Shown: in pieces, positions 1 through 9,427 of the stretch
Layout: the number at the start of each line of letters is the position of its first letter
Position numbering within the stretch: position 1 is the stretch's first letter
Assembly: GCA_963830455.1 (NCBI GenBank)
Contig: CAWHMT010000002.1
Coordinates: forward strand, 879,569 to 943,568
Reading direction: 5' to 3'
DNA: 64,000 bases
Source of the DNA: an uncultured Gemmatimonadales bacterium
Lineage (GTDB): Bacteria > Gemmatimonadota > Gemmatimonadetes > Gemmatimonadales > GWC2-71-9
Translations under genes and position numbers: made by a program
Notes under the pieces: model-generated
Databases searched by the model: none
What the model was told of the DNA's origin: nothing
The model's input: the letters and a program-made list of their open reading frames with translations, nothing else

Positions 1-1
1 G

Positions 2-535
2 GAGCCGCGGGTGTTGATGCTCGACGAGCCGCTCTCGAATCTCGATCCGGCCCTGCGCGAGCGGACGCGTCGGGAACTGCGCCAGGTCATCAAGCGCGTC
101 GGGACCACGACGGTCTTCGTCACGCACGAACAGGAAGAAGCCTTCGATCTGGGCGACCGCATCGCGGTGATCAACGCGGGGCATCTCGAACAGACGGGTA
201 CGCCCGACGAGTTGTACGAGCAGCCGGCGAATCTCTTCGTAGCGACGTTCGTGGGCCGCGCCAATGTCTTCCGCGGCCGGTCAGCACAGGCGCTCGGTGC
301 GCCCAGCGGCGTGCTCGTGGTGCGGCCCGAGCGGCTGCGGTTCGCGGGCGCAGGTCTTCCCGGCGTCGTGCGCGAGCGCCGCTACACCGGGGCCGCGGCG
401 TTTTTCCTCGTCGAGGGCGACGAAGGCGAGCGCTTCGAGGTGCTCGCGGAGCCCGACGCCGCGCAGGTCGGGGAGCGGGTCTACGTGGAGGCGACGCGCG
501 GCATCACCCTGTCGGAAAACGGAAGCCGGCCGTGA
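2..535 (+). CDS. ABC transporter ATP-binding protein, Fe3+/polyamine type (5'-truncated by window edge)
   Basis: Walker B/D-loop 'LMLDEPLSNLD', H-loop 'VTHEQEEA', C-terminal TOBE-like region; frame open from position 2. Confidence 0.9.
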   Translation, partial: EPRVLMLDEPLSNLDPALRERTRRELRQVIKRVGTTTVFVTHEQEEAFDLGDRIAVINAGHLEQTGTPDELYEQPANLFVATFVGRANVFRGRSAQALGAPSGVLVVRPERLRFAGAGLPGVVRERRYTGAAAFFLVEGDEGERFEVLAEPDAAQVGERVYVEATRGITLSENGSRP

Positions 536-2163
536 CCCGGCAGCAGCGGACCGGCGAGCTTGTGGCCCTGGGACTCACGCTGCTCCTGGCGTGGCTCGTG
601 ATTTACCCGATCCTGGTGGTGGCCGGGGATGCGGCGGACACCACGGCGCTGCGCGCTTTCTTCACACGCCCGGGCGAGTGGGCGGCGCTGTGGGCGAGCA
701 TTTGGATTTCGCTCGCGAGTGTCGTGTTGGCCGGCGCGATCGGTATCCCGCTCGCATTCCTGTTCGAGTGGTTCGACTTCCCGGGCCGCAAGACACTGGG
801 GGCGTTGGTCGCCCTGCCCGTCGTGCTGCCACCGCTGGTCGGCGTGATCGCGTTTCTCTTCCTGTACGGCGAGTCCGGATTCATTGCGCGGGCGATTCAG
901 GCCACGCTCGGCCTCGAGCAGGCGCCCTGGAGACTGCAGGGGGCGAGCGCCATCCTGCTCGTCCACGCCTACTCGATGTACGTGTACTTCTACCTGTTCA
1001 CCCGCGCGGGTCTGGCCAGGCTCGACGTGTCGATGCTCGAAGCGGCGCAGGCACTCGGGGCCGACCGCCGGGGAACACTCTGGCGCGTGATCGTGCCGTT
1101 GCTGCGTCCGTCGCTCGTCGGGGCTGCCATGTTGACGTTCATGACGGCCCTCGGCTCATTCAGCGCGCCCTACATCTTCGGCGGCGGCTTTCGCGTGATG
1201 ACCACGCAGATCGTCGCCACAAAGTTGAACGGCGATCTGCCGCTCGCGATGGTCGAAACGGTGGCGCTCGCCGCCGTCGCGGTCGTCGGGCTGCTGCTGC
1301 TGCGACGCACCGAAGGCGAGGACATCCTGGTGGCGCTGGGGAAGGGGATCGCCCCGCGGCCCCGCCCGATCCGCCGGCGTGGCGTGCGGCTGCTCGCGAC
1401 CGCGGCGGGCTGGGGTCTCGCGGTCGTGCTGCTGCTCCCCCACCTGACATTGCTGCTGGTGTCGCTCGTGCCGTATGGCGCGTGGACGACCGAGATCCTC
1501 CCTCCGGTGCTCAACTTCCAGAACTACGGGCGCTTGTTCTCGGAAGCGGAGCGGCTGCGCCCGATGATCAACTCGCTGTGGATGGCCGCCGCGAGCACGG
1601 CGGTGGCGGTGGCGGTCGCGCTCGCGGGCGGATGGCTGGTCGTGCGCCGGCGCGTTGCGCTGCGGCGCGCGATCGAAGCGCTGCTGGCGCTGCCGTGGGC
1701 GCTGCCCGGAACCGTGTTCGCGATCGCACTCGCGATCACGTTCAGCGTCAACGCCCCGTTGCAGCTGCGCTTCGTGCTGGTGGGCACGGCCGTGATTCTT
1801 CCACTCGCCTATCTGGTACGGGCGCTGCCGCTCACGGGACGGGGGATTCTCGCGTCGTATCGCCAGCTCGATCCGTCGCTCGAGGAAGCCGCGGCCAGCC
1901 TGGGCGCGGGCCGCTGGCGCACGCTGGCGCGCGTGACGATCCCGCAGCTGCAGCCGGGCCTCGCGGCCGGCGCGAGCCTGGCGTTCGTCGCCGGCCTGGG
2001 TGACATCGTCGCGTCGATCGTGCTGTACACGTACGAGACCCGGCCCGTGTCGATCGAGATCCTGTCCAGCCTGCGCCTCTCCGAGACCGGGGTCGCGGCC
2101 GCCTTCGGCGTGGTCCTGATGCTGGTCAGCGCGCTGGTCCTGGGCATCGGAGCGAGACGATGA
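532..2163 (+). CDS. Iron/thiamine-type ABC transporter permease (FbpB-like, two TM repeats)
   Basis: Two EAA loops ('LEAAQALGA', 'LEEAAASLGA'), many TM helices, GTGA overlap with the ATPase gene. Confidence 0.9.
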   Translation: MTRQQRTGELVALGLTLLLAWLVIYPILVVAGDAADTTALRAFFTRPGEWAALWASIWISLASVVLAGAIGIPLAFLFEWFDFPGRKTLGALVALPVVLPPLVGVIAFLFLYGESGFIARAIQATLGLEQAPWRLQGASAILLVHAYSMYVYFYLFTRAGLARLDVSMLEAAQALGADRRGTLWRVIVPLLRPSLVGAAMLTFMTALGSFSAPYIFGGGFRVMTTQIVATKLNGDLPLAMVETVALAAVAVVGLLLLRRTEGEDILVALGKGIAPRPRPIRRRGVRLLATAAGWGLAVVLLLPHLTLLLVSLVPYGAWTTEILPPVLNFQNYGRLFSEAERLRPMINSLWMAAASTAVAVAVALAGGWLVVRRRVALRRAIEALLALPWALPGTVFAIALAITFSVNAPLQLRFVLVGTAVILPLAYLVRALPLTGRGILASYRQLDPSLEEAAASLGAGRWRTLARVTIPQLQPGLAAGASLAFVAGLGDIVASIVLYTYETRPVSIEILSSLRLSETGVAAAFGVVLMLVSALVLGIGARR

Positions 2164-3389
2164 AGCGCCTGTCGGTGCTGATGCTCGTGGCGTTCGTCGA
2201 CATGATGGGCCTCATGATCATCTGGCCCCTGCTCCCGCTGTACGCGCAGAACCTCGGGGCCTCGGCGACGACGGTTGGGCTGCTGGCCGCGTCGTTTCCC
2301 GTCGCGCAACTCGTGTCGTCCCCGGTGTGGGGCTACGTCTCCGACCGCTACGGCCGCCGGCCGGCGCTGCTCGTGGGGCTCGGCGCCTCGGCGATCGCCT
2401 ACATCGTCTTCGGGTTTGCGCACGCGGTCTGGCTGCTGTTTGCCTCGCGCTTTGTGCAGGGGTTGGGCGGCGGGACCACCGGCGTGGTGCAGGCGTACGT
2501 CGCCGACACGATGCTGCCGCGCGAGCGCGCGAAGGCGTTGGGATGGCTGTCGGCCGCGACGAGCGCCGGCGTGATCATCGGCCCGGCGATCGGCTCGTTC
2601 ATGCATCGCTTCGGCGAAGCAGCGCCGGGATTGTTCGCGAGCGCGCTCGTCCTGATCAACGTGGCCTTCGCGTGGAAGTGGCTGCCCGAGTCGCGCTGGG
2701 CGCAGGCCGGCGTCACGCGCACCAGCACGGAGGAGCGCGCGGCGCGCCGGTCGGTGACGATGCGCGAAGCCGTCCAGAACATCGTGCAGCCGGCCGTGCG
2801 CGTACTCAGCGACCCCACCCGGCCGGTGTCGCTGCTCATCTGGATCTATGCGCTGGCGATGCTCGCCTTCAACGCGCTGCCTCCGGTGTTCTCGCTGTAC
2901 CTGCACGACCGGTTCGGGATCACCGCGGATCAGATTGGATACTTCTTCATGGTGTTCGGCGCGGTCGGCGTTCTGATGCGCACGGCGCCGGTAGGCTGGT
3001 TCAACGCCAAGCTCGGGGAAGTACGCACGATGCAGCTGGGCACCGTCCTGTTGCTCGCGGGCTTCGTGCTCGTGCCGCTGGCGCCGTCGCTGCCGCTGTT
3101 CATCGCGGCCCAGATTCTCATGCCGCTCGGAACCGCGTTGCTGTTCCCCGCCAACTCGGCGCTCGTGAGTCATCGAGCCCATCACGATGAAATCGGGCTG
3201 ACAATGGGCGTGCAGCAGACCTATCGCGGCGTTGCGGCGATCGTGGGGCCTGTCTACGCCGGTGGCGCGTACGAGACGCTGGGTCAGCACGTGCCGTTTT
3301 ACATCTCGGCGGCGATCATCGGGTTCGTCCTGTATTTGACGCTGCGGATCCGCGTGGATAGCCCTACCCAGGTGGCGGTGGGGACATGA
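2160..3389 (+). CDS. MFS transporter (TetA/DHA1-like)
   Basis: Motif A 'GYVSDRYGRRP', about 12 TM helices, motif C-like 'GVIIGPAIG'. Confidence 0.9.
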   Translation: MKRLSVLMLVAFVDMMGLMIIWPLLPLYAQNLGASATTVGLLAASFPVAQLVSSPVWGYVSDRYGRRPALLVGLGASAIAYIVFGFAHAVWLLFASRFVQGLGGGTTGVVQAYVADTMLPRERAKALGWLSAATSAGVIIGPAIGSFMHRFGEAAPGLFASALVLINVAFAWKWLPESRWAQAGVTRTSTEERAARRSVTMREAVQNIVQPAVRVLSDPTRPVSLLIWIYALAMLAFNALPPVFSLYLHDRFGITADQIGYFFMVFGAVGVLMRTAPVGWFNAKLGEVRTMQLGTVLLLAGFVLVPLAPSLPLFIAAQILMPLGTALLFPANSALVSHRAHHDEIGLTMGVQQTYRGVAAIVGPVYAGGAYETLGQHVPFYISAAIIGFVLYLTLRIRVDSPTQVAVGT

Positions 3390-3408
3390 AGATCGCTACT
3401 TTCTGCTC

Positions 3409-4986
3409 ATGAATCTCGCCATCTACGCCGCACTGCTGGCGTCGCTGCTGACGATGTCGCCGCCACCACGCCCCAAGCTCGTCGTCGTCATCACGGTCGA
3501 TCAGCTGCGGCCGGACTATTTCACGCGTTGGAAGAGCCAGCTCACGGGTGGTCTGGGACAGCTTGCCAATGAAGGCGCGTTTTTTACGGAGGGCTATCAG
3601 GACCACGCCGTGACCGAGACCGCGCCGGGGCATTCCACGGTGCTCTCGGGAATGTGGCCGGCGCACACCGGCATCATTCGCAACTCGGAGGGTGTCCAGG
3701 ACTCGACCGCCCCGCTGTTGGGGACGAGTGGGCCGGGAGCGTCGCCGCGACGTTTTCGGACCACGACACTGGTCGATTGGCTCAAGGCGGCCGATCCCAC
3801 CGCCCGTGCGCTCTCGGTGAGCCGCAAAGACCGCGGCGCGATTCTGCCGATCGGGAAGGCCAAAGAGCAAGTCTACTGGTACCAGTCGGGCCTCTTCACG
3901 ACGAGCCGCTACTACTCCGATTCGTTGCCGGCCTGGGTGCAGGCGTTCAACGCGCGGCGGCTGCCGTTCAAGGCGGCGAATACGGTGTGGACCCTGCTGC
4001 TCCCCGACAGCGCCTACAAGGAAGCGGACGACGAGACGTGGGAAAACCTCGGGCGCGACATCGTCTTCCCGCACCGCCTTCCCGCGGACAGCGTTCGCGC
4101 CGCGGGCGCGGTGGCGGGCACGCCGGCGATGGATTCGCTCACGCTGCTGTTTGCGCTCGAGGGGTTCGAGGCGCTGCGGCTGGGCCGGCGCGGGACCGAT
4201 ATCCTCGCGGTCAGTCTTTCCAGCATGGATGCCGTCGGTCATGCATTCGGCCCCGACTCGCGCGAGGTCCATGACCAGATGCTGAGGTTGGACCATTATC
4301 TCGGGTGGTTTCTCAAGCGGCTCACCGATCGCGTGGGTCGTGACAACGTCGTCGTCGTCCTCACCGCCGATCACGGCGTCACGCCGCTGCCCGAGCGGAC
4401 GCGCGCGAAGACCGGCGGCGCGGCCTACCGCGTGCTGCTCGACACGCTCGTGGCCGGCGTCAATCGCGACCTGGATCGCCTGGCGGGAACCGCCGACGCG
4501 CCGCGGCAATGGCTGGAGTTCGACAGCGGCATGCTCTTGCTGCTCGACAACGGCCGGTTCGCCGCGACCGGCATCAAGACCGACAGCATTCTCGACGCCA
4601 CGATCGCGCGCATCCTGCGCGTGCAGGGCGTGGCCCGCGTGATCAAGCCCGCCGATCTCGCGAGCGCCGACACCGCCAACGATCCGGTCGCGCGTCGCTG
4701 GCTGCATCTGCTCACGCCCGACGCCGGTGTCGTGCTCACCGTCACGCCGCAGCCCGGCTCGGTTTGGGACATCCCCAACCTGCCGATCGCGATGCACGGC
4801 GTTGCGTCCGACGATGATGCGCACGTGCCGATCATCCTGTGGGGTCGGGGCGTGCGGCGGGGCGCGTACGCGGGCCGCATGAATACCGTGGACATCGCGC
4901 CGACGCTCAGCGTCCTGCTCGGCATCACGCCGCTGGCGCTCGTGGACGGGCACGCGCGCACGGAAGCGCTGCTGCCGAGGAACTAG
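3409..4986 (+). CDS. Secreted alkaline phosphatase family protein (PafA/PhoK-like)
   Basis: Signal peptide, 'VITVDQLR', catalytic Thr motif 'TETAPGH', 'DAVGHAFG', 'TADHG'. Confidence 0.88.
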   Translation: MNLAIYAALLASLLTMSPPPRPKLVVVITVDQLRPDYFTRWKSQLTGGLGQLANEGAFFTEGYQDHAVTETAPGHSTVLSGMWPAHTGIIRNSEGVQDSTAPLLGTSGPGASPRRFRTTTLVDWLKAADPTARALSVSRKDRGAILPIGKAKEQVYWYQSGLFTTSRYYSDSLPAWVQAFNARRLPFKAANTVWTLLLPDSAYKEADDETWENLGRDIVFPHRLPADSVRAAGAVAGTPAMDSLTLLFALEGFEALRLGRRGTDILAVSLSSMDAVGHAFGPDSREVHDQMLRLDHYLGWFLKRLTDRVGRDNVVVVLTADHGVTPLPERTRAKTGGAAYRVLLDTLVAGVNRDLDRLAGTADAPRQWLEFDSGMLLLLDNGRFAATGIKTDSILDATIARILRVQGVARVIKPADLASADTANDPVARRWLHLLTPDAGVVLTVTPQPGSVWDIPNLPIAMHGVASDDDAHVPIILWGRGVRRGAYAGRMNTVDIAPTLSVLLGITPLALVDGHARTEALLPRN

Positions 4987-4990
4987 CCGC

Positions 4991-5377
4991 GTGGTCCAGA
5001 AACAATCCGCGAACCAGATCCGCCGCATCGAGGAATTGCAGCAGTACGTGCGGACGGTGGATAAGGTCCGGAAGCTGGTTGCCGAGCTCGACTCGAACCG
5101 CGCCGCCAACCCCAAGATCATCAACGGCATCTGCGCGAATATCTCGCGCGAGCTGTCGCACATGCGGCAGCGGGCGCTCACGGCGAGTCTCGGAACGTTG
5201 CCGGACGTCGCGGGCTCCCTGGCCATCGTGGCGGCCCGGGCGGGAACGGGAATCAACGTGAAGGTGCGCGCCCTGGGAGAGGGCGTGAACAGCATGTCGA
5301 TGCAGCTCGAGCAGTCGCTGAAGGCGGCGCACGAGGCGCGTCCCGAAAAAGAACCAGACGAGAAGAAGCAATCGTAG
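4991..5377 (+). CDS. Hypothetical helical protein (128 aa)
   Basis: Fills the gap inside an operon, host-like codon usage, amphipathic helical pattern. Confidence 0.75.
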   Translation: MVQKQSANQIRRIEELQQYVRTVDKVRKLVAELDSNRAANPKIINGICANISRELSHMRQRALTASLGTLPDVAGSLAIVAARAGTGINVKVRALGEGVNSMSMQLEQSLKAAHEARPEKEPDEKKQS

Positions 5378-6334
5378 CGATCAGTTGTCGCGCGCTCACC
5401 AAGCGCTTTGGGGACGTCGTCGCGGTCGCGGGGCTCGATCTGACCGTGCCCGCCGGCGAATGCTTCGGCCTGCTCGGCCCCAACGGCGCGGGCAAGACGA
5501 CCACCATCGAGATCCTCGAAGGACTGACTCCGCCCGACAGCGGCGCGGTCGAGATTCTCGGCACGCCGTGGCGCGACGGGGCGGCGGGACGCGCGTTGCG
5601 CGAGCGCCTCGGCATTCAGCTGCAGGAAACGCAGCTCGCCGACAAGCTCACGGTGACTGAGACGCTCGCCCTGTTCCGTTCGTTCTACCGGCAGTCCCAC
5701 ACCGTCGCTGAAGTCCTGGCCCTCGTCGAGCTGGAAGAAAAGCGCCGCGCGCGCGTGGTCACGCTGTCCGGGGGTCAGAAACAGCGGCTCGCCGTCGCGT
5801 GCGCGCTGGTGAGCAAGCCGGAGCTGCTGTTTCTCGACGAGCCCACCACCGGTCTCGATCCGCAGTCGCGGCGCCAGTTGTGGGAGATCATCCGGCGGTT
5901 TCGCGCCGCGGGCGGCACGGTGTTGTTGACCACGCACTACATGGAGGAAGCCGAGCGGTTGTGTGATCGCGTCGCGATCATGGATCACGGCAAGGTCATC
6001 GCCCTCGGCACCCCGCGCGAGTTGATCGCGACGCTGGGCGCGGAGCATGTGATCGAGTTCGCGCTCAACGGCGGCGTTCCCGCGGATCTGGTGGACGCAC
6101 TGCGGACCCTGGGCGGCGTGACCGCCGTGCGGCCGGGCGCCGACGGGGGCGGGGCGGGCGGCGGGCGGGGGGGGCGGTCTCTCGCTGACCGTCACGGAGC
6201 TGCACCGCACGCTGCCGGCGCTGCTGACGCTGCTGCAACAGCGCGCGCTCGAGCTGTCGCTGCTCACGACGCATCACGCCACGCTCGACGACGTGTTCGT
6301 CGCGCTGACGGGACGGCAGCTTCGTGATACGTGA
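5374..6334 (+). CDS. ABC-2 exporter ATP-binding protein; frameshift in G-rich tract ~6145-6177; start codon uncertain
   Basis: Walker A 'GPNGAGKTT', signature 'LSGGQKQR', 'LDEPTTGLD'; homology begins ~5374 upstream of first GTG (5446); typical C-terminus 'ATLDDVFVALTGRQLRDT*' lies in another frame ending at 6334. Confidence 0.85.
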
Positions 6335-7358
6335 GCACCCGATGTTTCAGCTGGCGCTCGCGCGCATGCGCGAGTTCTATCGCGAGCCCGAGGCGGTGTT
6401 CTGGGTGTTCGGCTTCCCGATCGTGCTCGCATTCGCGCTGGGCCTCGCGTTCCGCAACACGGGACCAGGCGAGCTGCAGGTGGGCGTGGCGGCCGGCGCG
6501 GGCGACAGCGCGCTCGCCGCGACCCTCGACTCGTCGCCGCGCCTCGTCGCGGCGGTGCTCGATTCCGGGACCGCGCGCGTGCGGCTCCGCACCGGGCGCA
6601 TCGCCCTCCTCGTCGTGCCCGGCGATCCACTGGTCTATCGCTACGACTCGACGCGAACCGAAAGCGGTCTGGCGCGCCTCGAAGTGGATGACGTGCTGCA
6701 GCGGGCGCAGGGACGGTCGGACCGCGTGGCCGTGCGGGACGACCGCGTCGTCGCTCCCGGCTCGCGCTATATCGACTTTCTGATTCCAGGCCTGCTCGGC
6801 ATGAACCTGCTGGGCAGCGGGATCTGGGGCGTCGGCTTCTCGGTGGTCCAGGCGCGGCAGCGCAAGCTGCTCAAGCGCTACATGGCCACCCCGATGCGTC
6901 GCAGTCACTACCTCGTGAGCTTCATCTTGTCCCGGCTCGTGTTTCTGCTGCTCGAGGTGGTGGCGCTCGTGGGGTTCGGGTGGCTGCTGTTCGGCGTCGC
7001 CGTCCGCGGGTCCTTCGCCACGCTGGCCGCCCTCACGATTCTGGGCGCGTTCGCGTTCGCGGGGCTCGGCTTGCTGGTGGCGAGCCGCGCGCGAACGATC
7101 GAAGGTGTGTCCGGATTGATGAATCTCGTGATGCTGCCGATGTGGATTCTGTCGGGGACGTTTTTCTCCTACTCTCGTTTCCCCGATGCGATGATTCCGT
7201 TCGTCAAGGCGCTGCCGCTCACCGCGCTCAACGACTCGCTCCGGGCGGTGATGATCGACGGGGCCGGCTTGCTGTCGCTCGGCGCGCCGGTCGCCATCGT
7301 CATGGCCTGGGGGGCTGTCAGCTTCGCGATCGCGTTGAAGATCTTTCGCTGGCGCTAA
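6324..7358 (+). CDS. ABC-2 type exporter permease
   Basis: 'REPEAVFW' N-terminal motif, 'YIDFLIPGLLGM', 'LSGTFF', six TM helices. Confidence 0.9.
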   Translation: MIREHPMFQLALARMREFYREPEAVFWVFGFPIVLAFALGLAFRNTGPGELQVGVAAGAGDSALAATLDSSPRLVAAVLDSGTARVRLRTGRIALLVVPGDPLVYRYDSTRTESGLARLEVDDVLQRAQGRSDRVAVRDDRVVAPGSRYIDFLIPGLLGMNLLGSGIWGVGFSVVQARQRKLLKRYMATPMRRSHYLVSFILSRLVFLLLEVVALVGFGWLLFGVAVRGSFATLAALTILGAFAFAGLGLLVASRARTIEGVSGLMNLVMLPMWILSGTFFSYSRFPDAMIPFVKALPLTALNDSLRAVMIDGAGLLSLGAPVAIVMAWGAVSFAIALKIFRWR

Positions 7359-9124
7359 TCGAGCTCGGGTCGGAACAAGGCCGCCAGCCGGCGCCAGAAT
7401 CCACCCAACGCGCCCCGAACGGCCGCGCGGAAGGCATCGGCCGAATGGAATCGCTCGGCGGGATCGCTGCGCAGCGCGCGCCGCAGCGCCTCCTCGAGCT
7501 CGCGCGGCACGTCACGCCGCTCCGTGCCCAGCGCGGGGACGTCATCCACCGTCTGGCGCGCCAGGATTTGCTCGGGTGTCTTGCCGGTGAACGGCGGCCG
7601 GCCCAGCAGGCTGTAGTAGGCGACGGCACTGAGCGAGTACAGGTCCGCCCGCTGATCGACCTTCTCGCCCAGCAGCTGCTCGGGAGCGGCAAACTGGGGC
7701 GTGCCGCTCCGCGACGTGGCGCCGCCGAACCGGGCGCCGCCGCGCAGCGCCAGCGCGAGTCCGAAGTCGGTGATGCGCAGCCGTCCGTCGGGTTCGATCA
7801 GCATGTTCTCGGGTTTCAGGTCGCGGTGGATCAAGCCCACGCTGTGTGCGTGTTCGAGCGCCGAGAGCGCCTCGAGCAGCAGCCGTTCGGTCTGTTGCAG
7901 GGAGAAGTTCCCGTGGCGCTGAATGACCTGCGCGAGATTTGAGCCCGGCACGTACTCCATCGAATACCAGGTCAGCCCGGCGCGACCCATAATGTCGTAG
8001 ATGCTCACGATGTTGGGATGCCGCAGCCGCGCGGCGAGCTGCGCCTCACGCCGGAACCGCTCGGTCACGCCCGGGTCCGCCGTGAGCGCGGGGTGCAGCA
8101 CCTTGATCGCGACGTCGCGCTCGAGCGCCAGATCGCGCGCGCGGTACACGCGGCCGAATCCGCCCGTCCCGACTTCTTCGAGCAGCTCGTAATCGTCCCC
8201 CAACGCGCGCCGCAGCCGCCGTTCGAATCCGGACTCGGTGATCGTCGGTGCCGCAGCGGGGACCTGGAATGTGCCCGCATCGCTCACGAAGTCCTCGAGC
8301 ATCTCCGTCGCCGTGTAGTAGCGGCCCTTAGGCACGCGGGACAGCGCGCGCACGATGACGCGCTCCACGGCGGCGGGAATCGCCTGGCGCTGCTGCCGCG
8401 GCGGGACGAGCCGGTCCGGATCGACGTCGGGCGGGTTTCCCGTGAGCGCGGCGTAGATATTGGCCGCCACGCTGTACACGTCACTCGCCGGGTCGCCGGT
8501 TTCGCCCGCGCGCACTTCGGGCGCCATGAACGCCACGCTGGGATCGTCCGCCGCCAGCGGCTCGAGGTAGGGCAGGCACCAGTTGGAATAGCGCAGATCG
8601 GTGATCACCCCCGCGCCGCTGGTGTTGAGCATCAAGGTGGAGGGAACAACCCGGCGCATGATGATCCCGCGGGCGTGGGCATGCTCGAGTCCGGATAGGA
8701 GGTCCCGGATCATCGACATCGTTTGCGGGATCGGCCTGGCTCCGCGCCGCAGCGCATCCGCCAGGCTTTCACCTTCGATCCAGTTCGCCGTGCGGTAGGC
8801 AAAGCTTCCGATCTCGCCCGCCGCATACGCGTGCCGGATGGCTGGATGGTCGAGCGCCGCCAGCGTTTCGGTCTCGCGCATGAACCACGCGCGGCCAGGC
8901 GTGCCGGCGATCAGGTGGACGCGGATCGTCACGTGACGCTTGAGGACGCGATCCCAGGCCTGGTACAGCGCCCGTTCCGGCGACAGTGCCACGAGATTGT
9001 CGAGCCGGAACGCCGGCTCGAGCGCGCGCAGCGCCTCATCGAGCAAACCCGCCGGAGGCGTCGCGGCCGGTTTGGTGACAGTCGTCACGGTGGGAACGGG
9101 GGAGCGGGGGTCAGGGGTGCGCAC
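7355..9124 (-). CDS. Hanks-type Ser/Thr protein kinase with N-terminal pseudokinase domain
   Basis: C-domain has GTGGFG, VAIK, HRDLKPEN, DFG, APE; N-domain has kinase layout with degenerate catalytic motifs. Confidence 0.9.
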   Translation of the reverse strand: MRTPDPRSPVPTVTTVTKPAATPPAGLLDEALRALEPAFRLDNLVALSPERALYQAWDRVLKRHVTIRVHLIAGTPGRAWFMRETETLAALDHPAIRHAYAAGEIGSFAYRTANWIEGESLADALRRGARPIPQTMSMIRDLLSGLEHAHARGIIMRRVVPSTLMLNTSGAGVITDLRYSNWCLPYLEPLAADDPSVAFMAPEVRAGETGDPASDVYSVAANIYAALTGNPPDVDPDRLVPPRQQRQAIPAAVERVIVRALSRVPKGRYYTATEMLEDFVSDAGTFQVPAAAPTITESGFERRLRRALGDDYELLEEVGTGGFGRVYRARDLALERDVAIKVLHPALTADPGVTERFRREAQLAARLRHPNIVSIYDIMGRAGLTWYSMEYVPGSNLAQVIQRHGNFSLQQTERLLLEALSALEHAHSVGLIHRDLKPENMLIEPDGRLRITDFGLALALRGGARFGGATSRSGTPQFAAPEQLLGEKVDQRADLYSLSAVAYYSLLGRPPFTGKTPEQILARQTVDDVPALGTERRDVPRELEEALRRALRSDPAERFHSADAFRAAVRGALGGFWRRLAALFRPELD

Positions 9125-9139
9125 CGGCGCCTAATCTAA

Positions 9140-9427
9140 GTGAGGATTCGTCTGGCACGAATCTCCAGTCGGTCACAGATTGGTCCTGTGCAGGAGTACT
9201 CGCAGGTTCGTCACAAGGTCGAGCGGCGCGTTCGCCCCGACCGCCGTACGGGTCTCGATCGCCGCATTACCGAGCGACGCGTCCGGCAGGTCCCGGTTAT
9301 GGTGGAACGGCGCGGCTTGGGCGGCTCCGACCGGCGCAGCCGGGTCGAGCGACGCTCTCCCAGTCCGCGCCGCCGGCTGCAGGACCGCCGCGGCTCCGGC
9401 CTGACGCTCGATATCACTCCAGCCTGA
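9140..9427 (+). CDS. Small Arg-rich protein with repeated [DE]RR motifs (start may be GTG at 9188)
   Basis: Occupies an otherwise empty gap; about eight ERR/DRR units. Confidence 0.6.
   Translation: MRIRLARISSRSQIGPVQEYSQVRHKVERRVRPDRRTGLDRRITERRVRQVPVMVERRGLGGSDRRSRVERRSPSPRRRLQDRRGSGLTLDITPA

Noticed and set aside
3364-6267. 967-aa minus-strand ORF and other long antisense ORFs (12170-14200, 23060-25321, 32811-35063, 45589-47418)
   Set aside because: Shadow frames of real genes in high-GC DNA; Arg/Ala-rich with no recognisable motifs.
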